Assembly (NCBI GenBank): GCA_000708835.1
Contig: DF237163.1
Span: 12,673 to 76,672, forward strand
Length of the DNA stretch: 64,000 nt
Direction of reading: 5' to 3'
From: Klebsormidium nitens
Taxonomy: Eukaryota > Plantae > Klebsormidiophyceae
The translations under genes were made by a program, and so were the position numbers. Positions within the stretch are counted from its first letter, which is position 1; each line of letters begins with the position of its first letter. Of this stretch, positions 43,880-58,465 are shown one piece after another. The notes below the pieces were generated by a model. The model worked only from the letters and a program-made list of their open reading frames with translations. It was not told the DNA's origin and made no database searches.

Positions 43880-44420
43880 TGTGACGCTGCCTATACAGTG
43901 TGCATGCGGTTAATACTTAGTATACGCGCAATGACACAATGATGCACTCCGGCGTACAGACCGTCCACGCCATGGCTCATCTGCAAACTTGGAGCATGAG
44001 ACGCGCGGCGGCCAGTCAACTTGAGCATGTACTTCAAGCAGCCTCTATGAAATGTATCATGCAAATTGACATGCAAGTTGAAGCGTCCGACGAGTGCCCC
44101 AGCATCACGTCATGCGAGCAATTATCATCGGCGCCCCCCGCTAGCAGCGCTCGGCCGCGTTTGAGCTCAAAGATGACGTAAGTTGCATGATCTGGACGGT
44201 GGGCATCCGATCTCGGTTCGAGCGTGTGTGTGCATTGCCATGAATTTAGCTTTATCGATCTGGGAAGCTCACTTATTAGCACGTCATGTCGAAGTATACG
44301 TGCATGATATCATCATGCAGGGCTCCCAGGCACCATCAACAGCGCTAATTCATACATTGGCTGTATATAAATAACGGCCGGACTCACAAGCAGGCAACAT
44401 GCATGCTATTGCAACTCTTC
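43880..44420. repeat. Palindrome-rich dispersed intergenic repeat, copy 3
   Basis: Local matches to the reverse complement of 9160-9420 and to 30065-30120; rich in GCATG/CATGC and GGCCG palindromes. Confidence 0.45.
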
Positions 44421-44699
44421 TTGAAAAGAAGGACGAAGACGTTGATTCAACTCCCCGCGGCTCATGAAGCCCATACTGATCCACACATGGCATAGCTTTG
44501 AAAGCCAAAAAAAAAATGGGCTCTTCCTTGCTGCTGGCACGCTTGGCAGATTGTAGAAGCAGACATGGCACGTAGATGGCGGAACAGCTCTGCGTAGATT
44601 TTACGAATTAAGGCATTCTACGTAAAGCTGGACTATTTCGACGCTAGCCTACTTCGAGTATATTGCTAGGCTTCAGGTAGTATCAAATTCTGAAGTGAT

Positions 44700-46900
44700 T
44701 GCGTCTCGGTATTCCCAGCTTGACACAAAAGGTCGCGTTTTCTACATACAAAGCGGATTGCATTGAGGTCCGTGCTGCTTGGATTAGCGAGTGCAAGGCT
44801 GCTTTCGAAAGCCTCATTTCAGCTCGGACGCGAGTCGTGCTTCCTGAAAGGTCAACTTACGCCTCCCGCCAAAATGGAAGTCGCTTCGTATCAGTGGCGG
44901 GAGTCGCAGTACGCGGGAGTCGCACCGTACGCTTATCCAAGGCTTCACCTATTTACAGGCCTTTTCCTGGCAGCGACGTAAGTGACTGCCAAAACATTTT
45001 GTCCCTGCCCACTATGTACAGAAGACTGCACGTGTACATTGCAACACGTAGACTCAGCAGGCAAACGCGCAATATGATGGTACGCCAGAGGAATACGATC
45101 GAGCAACAATGGGAATGATGGCACGAGGCTCAGGCTGGGAGAGAGAATATGACGACTATAGCACGCAAAGTGTTAGACCAAGCTCCTCCTGGCCTCAGCT
45201 ACGCACACCAACGTGATCACAACGGACGGCCTCCAACGCAAGGAATCCGGCTGGAGACGATCAGCAATACTTGTTTCGGCCCAGCCCGCCGTTGTGATTC
45301 GAGGCGATAGCAAGAAATTGCAGGATTTGTCCAGTTTCACAGCGGCATACAAGTGGACTTAATGTCGAAACGGATACCCTGAAATCAATATGGAAGATTC
45401 AAGCAGGCTAGCGCTTCTCCACCAATTGCGCAGGACAGTCTGCGCTTTTCTCCAAGCAGCGTTCAAGAATGACAGGCACGAGGGCTCAGAGTACGTTCAT
45501 CATTTGTTGATAGCACTAATAGTGCCGGACAATCCTTCCTTGCCTCAGCTACTGAACCGGATAGCCGTCGACTGGAAGGATTACGAACAGAGACGAGCTA
45601 GGCAACTTGAGTACTGTCTATTTTCCGTCCACGTCCACTTCTGCTATAGCAAACACTGGTGCATTCGATCGCTTTTCCACTTGCGAATCACAAGGTGCTG
45701 TCAAGCCACACCTCTGTTGTCTGAAATACGAGCGGATCCGGAAAGAAAGAGGCGCCTGCTACCGGCGCAAGCAGTCGTCACTTATGCAAATATGATCACG
45801 AGCTACAAAAGCCATCTCGTTATTGGAATGCCGCTGCATTGCAGCGTCGCCCAGCCAAAGCAACAGCTTGTTCAAAGCTCATTTCCCGTATAGTGCTCGA
45901 AACAGTAAGCAACTGGCCATCTTCGGCGCCCGATATGAATCTGACCGGCGCAAAAGAAACCACGAGACATCTGATGAAATATGGTCGACGAAAGAAAGTC
46001 GTCAAGAGGCAACAGCTATGGTGGCACAAAGTATGACCAGGTGCTCGCTTGCTTCTACAAATCGAGTGGGAAAGTTTGTGGCTTCTGACCGTTTAGAAAG
46101 GTCAAGCGCATTGGCAGCTGCAGTTTAGGCTACCATGCACTTCTCGTCCTTGCCATTCAAAGCTGGCCTTCACCTTGGTTAAAAATAGTTGGTGCGACAA
46201 TAACCCAGAACTTCTGTAAGTATGCCAGCACCTCGGTGGCCGGAGCGACACTCGAGCAGGTGCCGAGTTACGGATTGCATGACTGCATGGACGTCTCTGT
46301 CCCTTCATTGCGACGTGCACGTAAGTTGAATTGTGGCAAACCCGCAAGTAGGAAAGGGGGTCGCAATTAAGAGCCGCTTTTTTGAGTGGAATTCAACGCG
46401 GGCTCCGAGCGTTTTAGTGAGACAAAGCCGTTGGCGGATTCAGTGTTAGCCAGCTTCAGTAATCCTGGCCATCATTCGCGTTAGAAACACAAGGAGAAAA
46501 GTCCGCACTGAAAGTCAGAGCTGAAAGTTGTGAAAATTGAGACTTACTGATCGAATCAGTCAACCCAGTCGGAGCAAAATTGGTGACTTCGGACAAGGGC
46601 GAGGCCGCCAGAAGCGAGCAGGAGCGCGCGACAAGTGCGCGCAGTCGGATTGCGCGCAGTGTGGCCGGGCGGCGGTGTTCGAGCGATTGTGCGGCTTCTC
46701 GTGCGCGCGTTCGTCTTGCTAGTGGCGCGCTCGAGCGCGCGCCGTCCGACCCTGTTGCACACTCACAGGAAGCCCTTCGAGAGCCGGCGCGGTTTACATC
46801 AGAAAGGCAGCTGCGTGTTGTGAGCCAACAAAGCCAGAATTTGGAAAGCTCGTCGAGCGCCATCGCTCTAAACCCGGCGACTCTGCTTCAATGCGAACTG
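44700..46900. repeat. Degenerate array unit, homologous over most of its length to 49600-52060
   Basis: Shared blocks in the same order: gcttggat(t/c)agcgagtgcaaggctgct, gaaaggtcaacttacgcctc, acagtctgcgctttt, ttccttgcctcagctact, gtggcttctgaccgtt, ttgtgagccaacaaagcca. Confidence 0.85.
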
Positions 46901-49599
46901 GTGATCTTGTCATAAATTAAGGATCGACGCAGCGTAACGGGCTAGTGATAGACGGCAGCAAGTAGAAGATTACAACCATATTCAGAGGGATCTATCATAG
47001 GTGTCATATCTACAAGTATCAAATTCGTGCCGCGGAACTGGTACCTTCGGACCACTGCCTTGGAAGGACTGGTCTCTAAGTCTTCTGCGTCTCACAACCG
47101 CGCTTGTATCCTGAAAGCGCTAAGCGACAGGGCTCGAAGTAAATGCTACAAATGAACCAGCAACCTTGGCACTGAGAGTGCCAGAAGTCTTTTCCTTGCC
47201 TCAGCCACGTGTCGTGATTGCTAGTCGACGGCTACTACTAACGTCAAACGGAGACGAAAACTTGGTCTGGTTTGAACTCTATTTTGGGCGAATGTCCCAC
47301 CAATCTCACTCACTTCCAATATAAGATGTTTGCATTCACGGACAAGCAGTGCAGGTGGCCGAATTCCGGACACTCGCGTGACCATGTGGTTCTGCCGAGC
47401 ATTGATTGCCGCTGTACAAAAGTATATGTCGCTTAGCAAAGATGGATTATCTGCTACGTGTCCAAGCCGCCAGATAGGGACTCGCCTCAGATTTGGAAGG
47501 ACGGCCACAACAAACCAAGGCTCAGGAACGCACGCGCACGAGATCTATGAAGCGCAACAGGGCGCTAGAACAGATTCTAACCACGACAGCAGAAACGTGT
47601 GTCCTTCTTTCGTGCTGATGCGGATGGTTGAGGTGACTGCACGCTGACCTGCCCACACTGGTTCCCGTTGCTTGTTGCATATTTTTGAGTCTGCAATCTC
47701 ATGCGAGTTAGTCGAACTTGAAGTCCCTTTCAAACCAAGGATTCCTGTATGTGGGCGACTCTTTGAGGTTGACAAACCGGGCGGCCGACGAGCAGCCGGG
47801 AGTATTAAACTATTAACTAGAAGGGATTGACTCTTCCGATCTGGAGATGTGAAGATTAAGCGACGTAGGTTTGGTTACGCAGCACGGCCCACGACATACT
47901 GGCGTAACCAGGTAAGTACTCGATTAGCAGCTCTGTTGATTGTCGCCAACAAGAATACAAGCACGACCGAAGCATGAACGAAGCGGAGTTCAATCTCTGA
48001 AGGCCGAGACGTTGCCGCTAGTCCGCTCGATCTGCGAGTCGAAGCACAAGCGGAAAGAAGGAGGCGCCCGCATTGGCGTGCATCAGGCGCCGCTTTGTGC
48101 TTCATCAAGAGCTAAAATGGCCGTCTGATCACCTTTTCCACATACCGCTGCTTCTCAATGTGCCTGAGCAACAGAAAGTTTTGATGGCTAAGCCCTTTCA
48201 AGCCGCCGGAGTTCAGGAGTGCAAGCTGTGGAATGAAAGCAACCGGCAACATTTGCGGCGTATGATCGATGGCAGAGCCGGTCGAGAGGATCGACGGCAG
48301 AGCCTTCAAGCGGTCAGTGCCAGTAGCTATCTTTGCGACAAAAGCGAACGTGCACTCGTTTTCTTTTGCTTTCAACCGGAATTTACAGTGTTTGTGGCCT
48401 CTGACAACACCGACGGTCATGGCATGGCAGCTCGGACGCACCTCGACTCCGAGTCTACCAAGAGGTTGTCGCCCTTGCCACCGTGGAGCTAGCTTTGAAA
48501 ATGATGGGAAAGAATCATATCGTATTGTACCTATGAATGTGCATCTTCGTGACCCGCAGATTGGCTCTCGACAAGAAGAAGACTTGCAGATAAAGAAGCT
48601 CACAAGATGGACCTCTCTTCAGCTGCGATTAACATGGCCGATGCTGAACTTAGTCGAATAGGGGCAAGACGTGGCCAGGGAAGGATCTCGCAGCAAGGAA
48701 GCGGGGCTTTTATCTCAAAATACAGCCCCCTCGTGTATACTCACACACAAGCACTTCAGCCTGGTGACCATCGGCAAACCTGGCCCGGGTGCCCGGGCCG
48801 GCCTGACCGCCGCTGCGACGCGCGAACGCGCGCCCTCACGACGCGCGCCCGCGGGCCAAGCCCTCAGGCCGACACAACGGTGCCAGACCGCGACGACGGC
48901 CCAGTTGCGGGCCAGCCGCGCCTTGCGTGAAACAGCAGCGGGCAGCACGTGCCTCGAGAGCTCGCTACTAGGCGCTTTGCCAGCGGCACGAACTTGTACT
49001 TAGGGAGTCAGAGGCGGTCACTACGGCGTCACTACTTGCACCCGTTTTTCTCAGTCGAGTTAGATATTGATTGGAGATATTCGATGAATTCCACGAAACG
49101 GCTCACGATCAAGTCAGCTTCTTCGTGAGACCAATCATGGCGATGCTTGCGAACGCCAATGATAAGTTAGTCTGTCCTTGCCGCGTGCTAAATGGCGGAT
49201 CAGAAACAGCCGGACGGCACCGAGCTACGCGCGGGTCGGACAAAACGGGTTCTCCTGTGTGTAAGAGGTTTCCCGGATTGCAAAGGAGAAGTAGTTGTGA
49301 TTGGACGCTACCCAAAAGCATTTCACGTTATCGCAGGACCTGGTCATCCACAAAACTCTGTGCTGACGGCATCGTCACCGCAAGATGCTGCTAACGGGCC
49401 TCCGAATCAAAAAAGCAGGCGAGTGACGATATTCGCCAGACGAAGCCGTCCTGGCCCTATCAGGCGCACGAGACCTTACAGGTGTCAAGCCGCTAAACGG
49501 GAATATTCAGAACAATCATAAAGGAAAAAGTTCGTGAAGCCTCTTCACTTGAGCTTTTAGCTACCTGCACGGGCGCCGGATGAATGAACGCGCACCGCA

Positions 49600-52060
49600 T
49601 GACCAAGTCAAAACGATCGACTTTGAGCTGTCTAGTCTCCTTCCCGGACCTTTTTGTTTGTATCCGATTCTGCGCAAAGGTTTCCGCGACGCATATCTGA
49701 GAGCGAGCGCCTTCGGACGTTTTGGACAAAGAAAGACAAGATCAAGCAGATTGGGCGGACGTACGTGCGCTTGGATCAGCGAGTGCAAGGCTGCTTGCGC
49801 AAATATTTCATCCTCGTTTCAGGCTTGGGAGAAAGGCGTGCTTCTTGAAAGGTCAACTTACGCCTCACGCCGCAACAATAGTCGCCTCTTAATCATGGCT
49901 GGAGTTGCACGCTTACCCGAGGCTTCACCTAGCCACGTGTAATTTTCTTGGCAGCAAACATGACTGCCAACAGAATTTTATCCTTGCCCAGAACGCACGA
50001 AAACCTGCACGTGTACGTCGCTACACATAGAATCAGCAGCCAATGCACAATATGGGAACGCTAGAGAACTCGGATCGAGCAACACACAATAAAAAGCATG
50101 GCACGGTGCTCAAGATGTAAATGCATTGGCTACTTGGCGCGCAGAATGCCATAAGGTTCCTCCTTGCCTCAGAACACAAACACCAAGGTGGTCTGCTCGA
50201 CGGCTACCGGCCCAAGGATCTCCAAAGGAAGACAATCAAGAAAAACTATTTTCGGCCTTCAACTTTGTTTCTTGGGCAGAGCCGCCCGATTGATGATTAA
50301 CGTTATGACGCTGCATCTGCTTCTTTTCTGCTTAGTCCTCAATCTGTCGAGAGCACTTAAGCAAGTCTCGGTAAGACGCAAAACCATGCATGAAATACTT
50401 ATGCACAAGAGGAAATAGACGTGGCAGCCGCACACCAACGTGATTGCACTCGACCGCTACGTCCGACGCGAGGAATCCGATTGCAGATAATCAGGAGTGA
50501 TTTTTCCAGCCCGACCCGCCGCTGTGATGCGAGGCAATATCTAAACTTGGGTGGAACTGCAGGCCCAGGTTCACAGGGCCTAGAAGTGGAATTTTTGGCT
50601 GAAAAAGGTCACGTGCCCTTGGCATCTTCAAAGGAAGGTTGCAGGCTTCTCCGTCTGCTGTGCAAAACAGTCTGCGCTTTTTTCCAAGCAGTGTTGGAGG
50701 ATGATGGCACGAGGGCTCAAAGGTAACTTCTCTAATTCAACGATAGCACTGAAAGTGCCAGACACTTCTTCCTTGCCTCAGCTACTCACTTGAGCAGCCG
50801 TCTAATGAACGGTTTAAAACAGAGACGAGCAACAGAGTACTATACATTGGCCTTTCACGTCCGCTTCTGCCATAGACGGTATTGCTGCATAGAATCGCTG
50901 TTCCACTTTTGACATACACGGCGCTGGCAATCCCCGCCTCTGCTGTCTAAGCGGAAAGAACACGGCGCCTGCAACCGGCGCACGCAGTCGCTGTTCAAAA
51001 TATCGTTTACGAGCTACGAAAGCCCTGTCGGGTTGAGAAATACTGCTTCTTTACAAATTCCCTCACTCAAAGCAGCAATTTTGCGAAGTTCATTTCTGCA
51101 GCTTTGTTCAACTGTGCAAGCTCTTAGTTCGCCGAGCAAGTAACCAAGTTCGACGCCCAGTGAAAAGCTAGGCTAGCGACGCGGAAGAAACAACGAGACA
51201 GACATCCAATCAAACGGTCAACGCGACAGAAGTTCGTAAAGAGGCAATGGGTAACGTGGCACGATATTCGATTAGGTACTCGCCCGCCTCTACTAATCGA
51301 GTTGAAAAGGCTCGTGGCTTCTGACCGTTGAGGAGGAATGCAACAGTGGCAGCTGTGATCTTGGCTACCAAAAACGTCTCGTCCCTGCCATGTGCAGCTA
51401 GCTTTAACCTTGGTGAAAGATAGTTGAGCGACATATACTAAAGAGTGTGCAACTTGGTGGCCGGTGCGGCTCTGTAGCGGGTGGCGAGGCCGCAGATCCA
51501 CAACATGGACTGTTTGAAGTTGCGCGTGAAGCGGATTTGAAAGCATTGCGAACAGAAAAGAAGATTGCTAAATGGGGACCGTACATTTTGATTAGAGGCT
51601 CCGAGCGCCCAATGAGATAAGGAGGTTGTTGGCGGGTATAGCAAGAGCGCCCAGCTTCAGTCGTCCTCGCCATCGTTACGGTGAGATATAAGAGACAGGA
51701 ACTTCGTATGCTCTAAAGGCAGATTGTCAATCTCAAACGAGACTTACCATCTAGGTTAGAGCTATCGGAATTAAAGGGTCGTGAGTCCAAACAAGGGCCA
51801 GGCCGCAAGCAGCGGGCACGAAGCGCGCATCCAGTGCGCGCAGTGAAGCACGCAGCGCTTCCGCGCGCGCGCGCTTGTGCGGGTGTTCCTGCGCGCGCCC
51901 GGCTCGCTGGTGCGCTCGTGCGCGCGTCCGAACCTGGTGCGCAGGTCAAACATCAGAGAATGCAGCTGCGTCTTCTTGTGAGCCAACAAAGCCAAAATCC
52001 GGAAAGCTCGTCGCGCGCCGCCGTTCTAAACCCCATAACCACTCGCTTCCATGCGAAGTG
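49600..52060. repeat. Degenerate array unit, homologous to 44700-46900, with an internal duplication (~50100-50260 versus ~50420-50520)
   Basis: Same conserved blocks as the 44.7-46.9 kb unit; cacaccaa(g/c)gtg... occurs twice. Confidence 0.85.
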
Positions 52061-55000
52061 ATCTTTGCCAACGCATGCATGAAACTAGTAAAACATGATG
52101 AAGGCCGGAAGACGCCTCGAAGCGACTTGATAGTTTAAAAGGGCGTCCAGCCGGTGTTTCAGCAGCAAACCCGTGGACTCATGATCAGCAACGCTTCTTT
52201 GTTGATATTGATCAGTCACAGAAGCATTGAAAACAATCGTAGAAATCTACAGTGTTAATTTTTCTCAAATTATCGGCGAGAGCGGGGCAAGCCAGCTTAC
52301 CACAAGTCAAAGCGGACGAGACAAACGATTAATAGAACCGCTTCCTTACGGTCCTCGCCTCCTTACTCTAAAGGAGGCAAGGACTTTCGTGGTTGCAGTC
52401 TGCGACAGTTTCGATGATTTTGCCTTAGGTTAAAAATCCGGGACGATTGACCTTCATGAAAGTTAGACCGGAAGGAGGGGAGCAGCGGAACCAGGTTAGT
52501 CAACGGCAAGATGAAAGGCTTTTTATGAGCACACCCTGTCAGCAGCGGCCAGCCGAGAGGCGGCGCGCGACCGCGAGCAGTCAAGCAGGGAGGTGCTCGC
52601 GCTCTCAGGCACGCAATCCGGTTTTAGCGTGCACGCGCAAAAAACCGTACAAGTGAACGCAGCCCGCTCGACATCTGAAGTTCAGATGCGCCGTCTTGTT
52701 TTGAGCCGCTGGTCGCGTTTTGAGGCATCTCGTCAAGCGCTAAGACAATAAAGAGCGTACGCTTTTCTCTGAAAATGATAAAGGACAGTCAAAACTGCAG
52801 CACGGATTGAACAGAGTTTGACGGCCTCGGTGCGACGGCCTCGGTTCGACGGCCTAACAAAACGGCCTACATATGATGAGGCTAATCCGCTGCTGCAATG
52901 ACGGAGACCCGCTGCCATGCCTACAATCGGCTGTCGGACTGAGGGCACCCGCGAGACGCTTTAAATCCGAAAGAAGCAGACCATTAGTATTATCAGGCCT
53001 CACAACCCTATCAATTAAGATCCGTATTTGTGGCTAGCTTTACGCAACAGCTTTCTCTTTTGCGTCGATTCAAAGCGGACTTGGGAAGGGGTGCTGATAA
53101 TCCGCATCGAAATAGTTTCAAAGAGACAGGAAAGAACGACCTAAAGGATCGGGGTTATTGTTAAGAGGTATTGACACAGTAAGTAAACCCTAGGACGTTG
53201 TCGATCTTGGTGGCTATTTCCGAGCGAGGTCTCTGTTTGCAGCCCTTTTGGTTGCCAGAGAGGGTCATCCTTGCCAGATAGTAGGAAACTGGTTCCTCTA
53301 TGGTTTCCAATTATACAGGAACAAGTCGAATGTGGGCGGCGTTCTTCGACACGAGCACATATATAACCCCAGCTGGCCGTACTGTAAAGCTTAGGACTTT
53401 CAAGCTACACAATCTGCAATATTATCGTATCCAAGCAACATGGCACGATGGCTCAAGATGGGTGCAACCAAGACACATTAGCACTGATCTAGTGCCAGAC
53501 GCTTCCTCCTCGCCTCATCCACATCATCCTGATCGCACTCGATTAGTAATACAGGCAAATTTTTGATATTTATGAGGATCAAGACGCATTGGGCAGAGCT
53601 GCCGGGGTGTTAAACGTAAGAACCTTCTACTTCCATTTTTGTTTCCTTCCCATCGCTGGGGAAAAATAGATGATCTATTGATAATTATTCAACAAACAAA
53701 TAAGCAAGAAGGTGGCTAGACTTGGCCAGAGTCGCTGACTCTTGGGAGCAGACGTACTATACTTCAATGAGCAAGCGGGCCGGCCTCGAAATGGAAAAGG
53801 CCGCTGATTCCTTCACTTTCATAGAACGAGACCAGACGCAGCAGTCGTAACTCCACCATGCAGCATACTATGACCCCGCTTCTGGACTTCGAAGCCGGAA
53901 AAACGGAAGAAACACAAAATAGAAGGCTCAAAACCATCCTCGTGATATACCTTAATGGCAACAGAATCTTTTCTGGCTTAGCTTGGTCAAACCACTGGAT
54001 CTGAAGTCCTTGGCTGGCTCAATATGCCGCTCGAAGCGGCGGCTTCAAAAGTGACAGCTAAAGGTAAAAGGGCACGAGAAACGGTATGCAGTGCCCCGGC
54101 GCATTTGAACCCCTCTGGTCAATTGGGAGTCTGGGAACAAACGAGTTTGACGACTAGAGCAGAATTGAAGTGATTCGCTTGATCAGAACCAACGTCGGCC
54201 GCTAAGTATACATGTGTCGCGATAGCTTTAAGTACTACGTTGAGGAATGCCGCCAGCGGTACTCTCCTCGCCGGTTGCGGTGGGCTGCTTAATCATCAGG
54301 CGGTTGGCAAATCTCTGTCAAAAACAAGGGTTACTGGGTGCCCGTAGCATCTGGAACGGCCCTAGTGAAGGTAAGTTGGAAATAAAGTCGATGGAGAAGC
54401 ACAGTATAGGAACACGTCTCAGAAATTGCGTAATTTAACTCACCCACACCCAAAGAAGGAGCGGTGTGCAGAGTAGACTCTTCGTAGCCCCGGCATACAT
54501 AGCGATTACCAAACGAGAACCGTTGGCATGCAAGCTTTGCCAAGCGGCCTCGTCGTTGCCAAGGTTTCTGATTCAAGCTTGTCTTGAATGGTACTTGAGA
54601 TGTTGCCACGTCGGCTACTTGAGACAGTGGCCAGTCTCAGGAAAAACGACTTCGACAGTGGCTTTGTAGTTCGAGGGCTTGGGTCGACCCGGGCATGGCG
54701 GAGAACATTTGCCAAGCTGTTTCATCCTCACCACAAACACGTAAGGAGAATCCGGCAGGGCTGATCACAAGTCTCATTCGCCCACAAGCATCTCGGTACC
54801 TTGCAAATCTTAGGCCGGACTCTCCAGTCTCTTTCGTTCAACACAGTAATGAACGCAGTAAATGCATACTCAACTTGAAACCAACGCCATGCCGCGCGAC
54901 AAGGAAAGCGAGATCGTGAATACTTACGCTGACATTGAAGTGTAATTCTTGGATTCGGCAGAATGCTTATGCCGCTTCGACAGCGGCAAAATTCTTACTA

Positions 55001-58000
55001 GGACTAGCCGCCCTCGTGGTTGTAGGAGGAACCTGGGGTTGCAACTTGGGGAAAATTTGTGCAAGTACTTTGTGACGACATCCAGACGCGCTCATTTCTA
55101 GCAGATTCTGATTGCGCGCGATCACCTACATGAGTCCCGCAGATGGCCGTTGCAGACAGCTGGGCGCGCCATGTGCATCATTGCTTCAACTCCCGAGTAT
55201 CGCAACGCCATTGATTAGAATAGTCGAATCAGTAGTGATACGAGCAATAAGCGGAAGCTGCATGAAAGGCCGTGAGCCTCAAGACGCATCACATCGCGCC
55301 GCTGCCGGCGCTGGAATCATGCCTTAAGCGAATTGCTCGAAGAGTGAGGAGGAAAAGCAAAATGAGCGAAACACTTTCAGCGTGCTGCAAGGGCCTCCGT
55401 CGGGTCGTGATAAACCGAACGGTAAGTGTATGGCTAGTGTACTTCCCAATACTAAAAAGCTTCTATCGTCTCAGCCCTGCGCGTGCTGAGCGTGCACGTG
55501 ACTCCTTGAAAGTTTCGTCTACATACCTTGCAATTGGGCCTCTATCAGAAACGAAGGTGAGTCGTAATCTCTGACCGCGTTGGCGCACCGCGGCCGGCGA
55601 CCAAGGGCTTTGCACGCGGCTGCTCGATTCGACTCGATAGACAGTCCAGTAGCCACACTGTTGCCCACGTACTGCACGTACTTGCTCTGCCTTCGCGTTC
55701 AACTGAGAGGCAGCCTTACAGTTGTCGAAGTCAACAATACGCAGTTGCGGTCGTCTTCTCCCAATCACCCGACACGTTGAGAAATGAGGGAAAAACTTTC
55801 TAATATAAGGTGAGGAAGCACATACTGAGACGAAGCAGAGAAAGACGAAGGCCAGCTAGGCCGTCATGCAGCGGCGGGCGGCCAAGGAGCCGCAATCAGT
55901 GCGCGCAATAGAGCCGGCGCAGCGCTCGCGCGCCTGCCAATTGCGTATATTTGTGGTCGCTCGTCCACGGTTCCCATCTTGTTGCGCGCGCACGAAAAAG
56001 CCTCGCAGTAAAGCGGCGCGCTCGCCGCCGCAAATGTAGCTGCGACCTGAGGCTGTTGTGATCCAATAGAACGACCATTGCAAGAAGACTCGTGCGAGCA
56101 CTCCTGTTTTGAAGGAGCACTGTGTGCTTTCTTTCGAGGTCACTAGCAAAAGGCTAGCGCTAGCGTATATTACCGGGTGGCGTAGTGTAACAAGAGAGCG
56201 AATAAAGGCAGCACGTGAAAAGAACGGCCTGGCATGTAGCACCGACGGAGCGTTTACAGGTGTCAGCCACACAAGTATTTTGAAGTCATTACCTTCGAAA
56301 AGGTCTTGAAGGGTATGCTTACGCCCTTTCCTTTGTGACAAGGCTGCGGTAATATCCGAGCAGAATAAAAAGTGCTGGCACGAGGGCTTATCATGAAGCA
56401 CAAGGAATCACAACATCGACCCTTGCCATAATGTAAGGAGGGAAAAAAGGTGGCAGAAAAGAGTCCTCGTGGCTCCGGCAAAGCCGTACAGCAAATGTTC
56501 GTTGGCAGAAACGCTTTGCCAGCTACGTTGCCTCGTCCTCGCCAAAAGTTCGAGCCCGATAACAATCTAGAGACACTTTACCGTCGAATGGTTGTAACGG
56601 CCATTTAATCCTCAAGATCATTTTCCTAGAGTGAGTTCCGCACTACCTTCTTAGCCACGTGTCCAGTCTGACTGCTTCTGGTTGCTCGTGCAGATCCTCC
56701 AGAGAGACAGCATTTCATGGGGCCTCAATAGGCCCGTGCTTTTTTTTTTATGGTCCCTTGATGGTTTGGCAGACGGACCACGGCTTGTCCACCTCGTTCT
56801 ATAGAAAGGCTTCAGCAGCAGTTCAACCTTCGATCAAACATAAGGGAGGTAGAAAGGTCTCTTATCTTTGTCACAGGAAGGGAGATAAAATTGTCATACC
56901 CGGCGATTATTAAGTGTGCCTCTGGTGATCATCATGATCACGTTCGGCTCTGGTTCGATGCAAGATTAGTCAGAGGCGATCTGGCCAAACACACTGCTTG
57001 AAGCGCCAAATTTTCCTTCCCACGAATTCCTTGAACTAAACCAACGCCGATCCAAAAGCACGCCAACGACTGGCGGCCTTCAAACGGCGCTGAGCCATAA
57101 TCGCGTGCAAGATAAAGACGAGCTAGCCCGGCCACAGCCGAAGAGGAAGCTGCCCGCCCCTTCTTGATGCTCCTGTTTAGGCGGGCGCACGCGGCGCCCG
57201 CTCGACGTCGTGCAATACCGCGCGCGCACCCGGCCAAAAGGCGTACGTCACAGCGCGTCCGCGGGAAGAAAGGAGTCGCGGCCCGCCGTACGCGTGCGGC
57301 CACGTCAGGGACGTTGATGGCCGCTAGCTCTGGCGCAGCAGCAGAGATTTTGTGAAGATTGATTACAATCAACACAGCAGAGTCTTCCTGGCCATGGGCG
57401 AAAAGGCATCTGTTGCAATATATTCATAGAAGGTGGCACGTGGCTTAATGATGCAAATCAGTGAACAGTTCAAGTTGGCGATGATTTTGAACGCCACTGG
57501 CGATTATGTCTCATCCTTGCCCGGCGATTGTGTCCCATCCTTGCCAGAAGGCGCACAGAGAGGGCGGACAACTTCAGTTGCTGTTGAATCGAATCCTAAC
57601 CAGACAACCGAAGCCGTAATTGAAAGTATAGTGCTGCCCCAAATCAGGTGGCGTCTTCTATTAAAATTGGATCCGTCACATCACCCTGCCTTGACAACTA
57701 AGGGTGCGCGCACGTCATCAAAAATTTGAGGAGGCCGAGACATGTACAAAAGACGTTTTCTCTGGGTTGATAGGCAGCTCGGACGGGGATGGTTCCAACA
57801 TTGTTGTCTACATTGAGAAACTCTGGAGTCCAGTGATTGCTGAAGGCCAACGTTCTATTTGCATCCTTGCTGCTTCTCTGTTCAAGTAAGGGTCGTCAAA
57901 GAAAAACGCGGAGGGAACATTGGTACATCTTCAGCGCGGCACCTGGCCTCGCCGTCGTGCCTGCCTAAGTTCTTCAATTCACTGGTCAGGAATAGGTGCA

Positions 58001-58465
58001 CGGGATACGGCCATAATATATTAGGCAGTACGTGGCGCAGTACGCGGCCGTAGCGGGAATACTCATTCGAGCAGCACGATAGAATCTAAAAAGGAAAGAT
58101 CGAATCAGCTCACGGAAGATCGACATAGCTGACGGATCACGACGCACGGTAGAGCATTCAATCATGTCGAAACTTCAAAGCGCCGCCCACATTCCAGTCA
58201 TCCTTGATCTCGCTAAATCTAGTGGGCGTTTGAAAACTCGTAGGCAGCAACTCTGAATTATCACGGGAGCAGGGGCCGCCATGAATCTCCTTATGCAGCT
58301 TGACCAGGCCGCGGCCAAGGTGAACGAATATCATAATGTCGACAGCCGCCAGTGCAATAAGTAGGGCACCCCTCTGATTACAAAGCCCATGATCTGTTGT
58401 CAATCATACCGCTTGTCTTCCTCGCGGCCGCCGCATATTCAAGAGGGATGAGGGATGACTAAAAC

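Noticed and set aside
45390-45893. 167-aa ORF in the first array unit
   Set aside because: The homologous unit (50640-51100) is not open in this frame and the ORF crosses a likely short intron; no recognisable domain
52090-52240. ATGATGA ... possible C/D-box snoRNA
   Set aside because: No convincing D box, terminal stem or recognisable rRNA-complementary guide; the segment is part of the array homology
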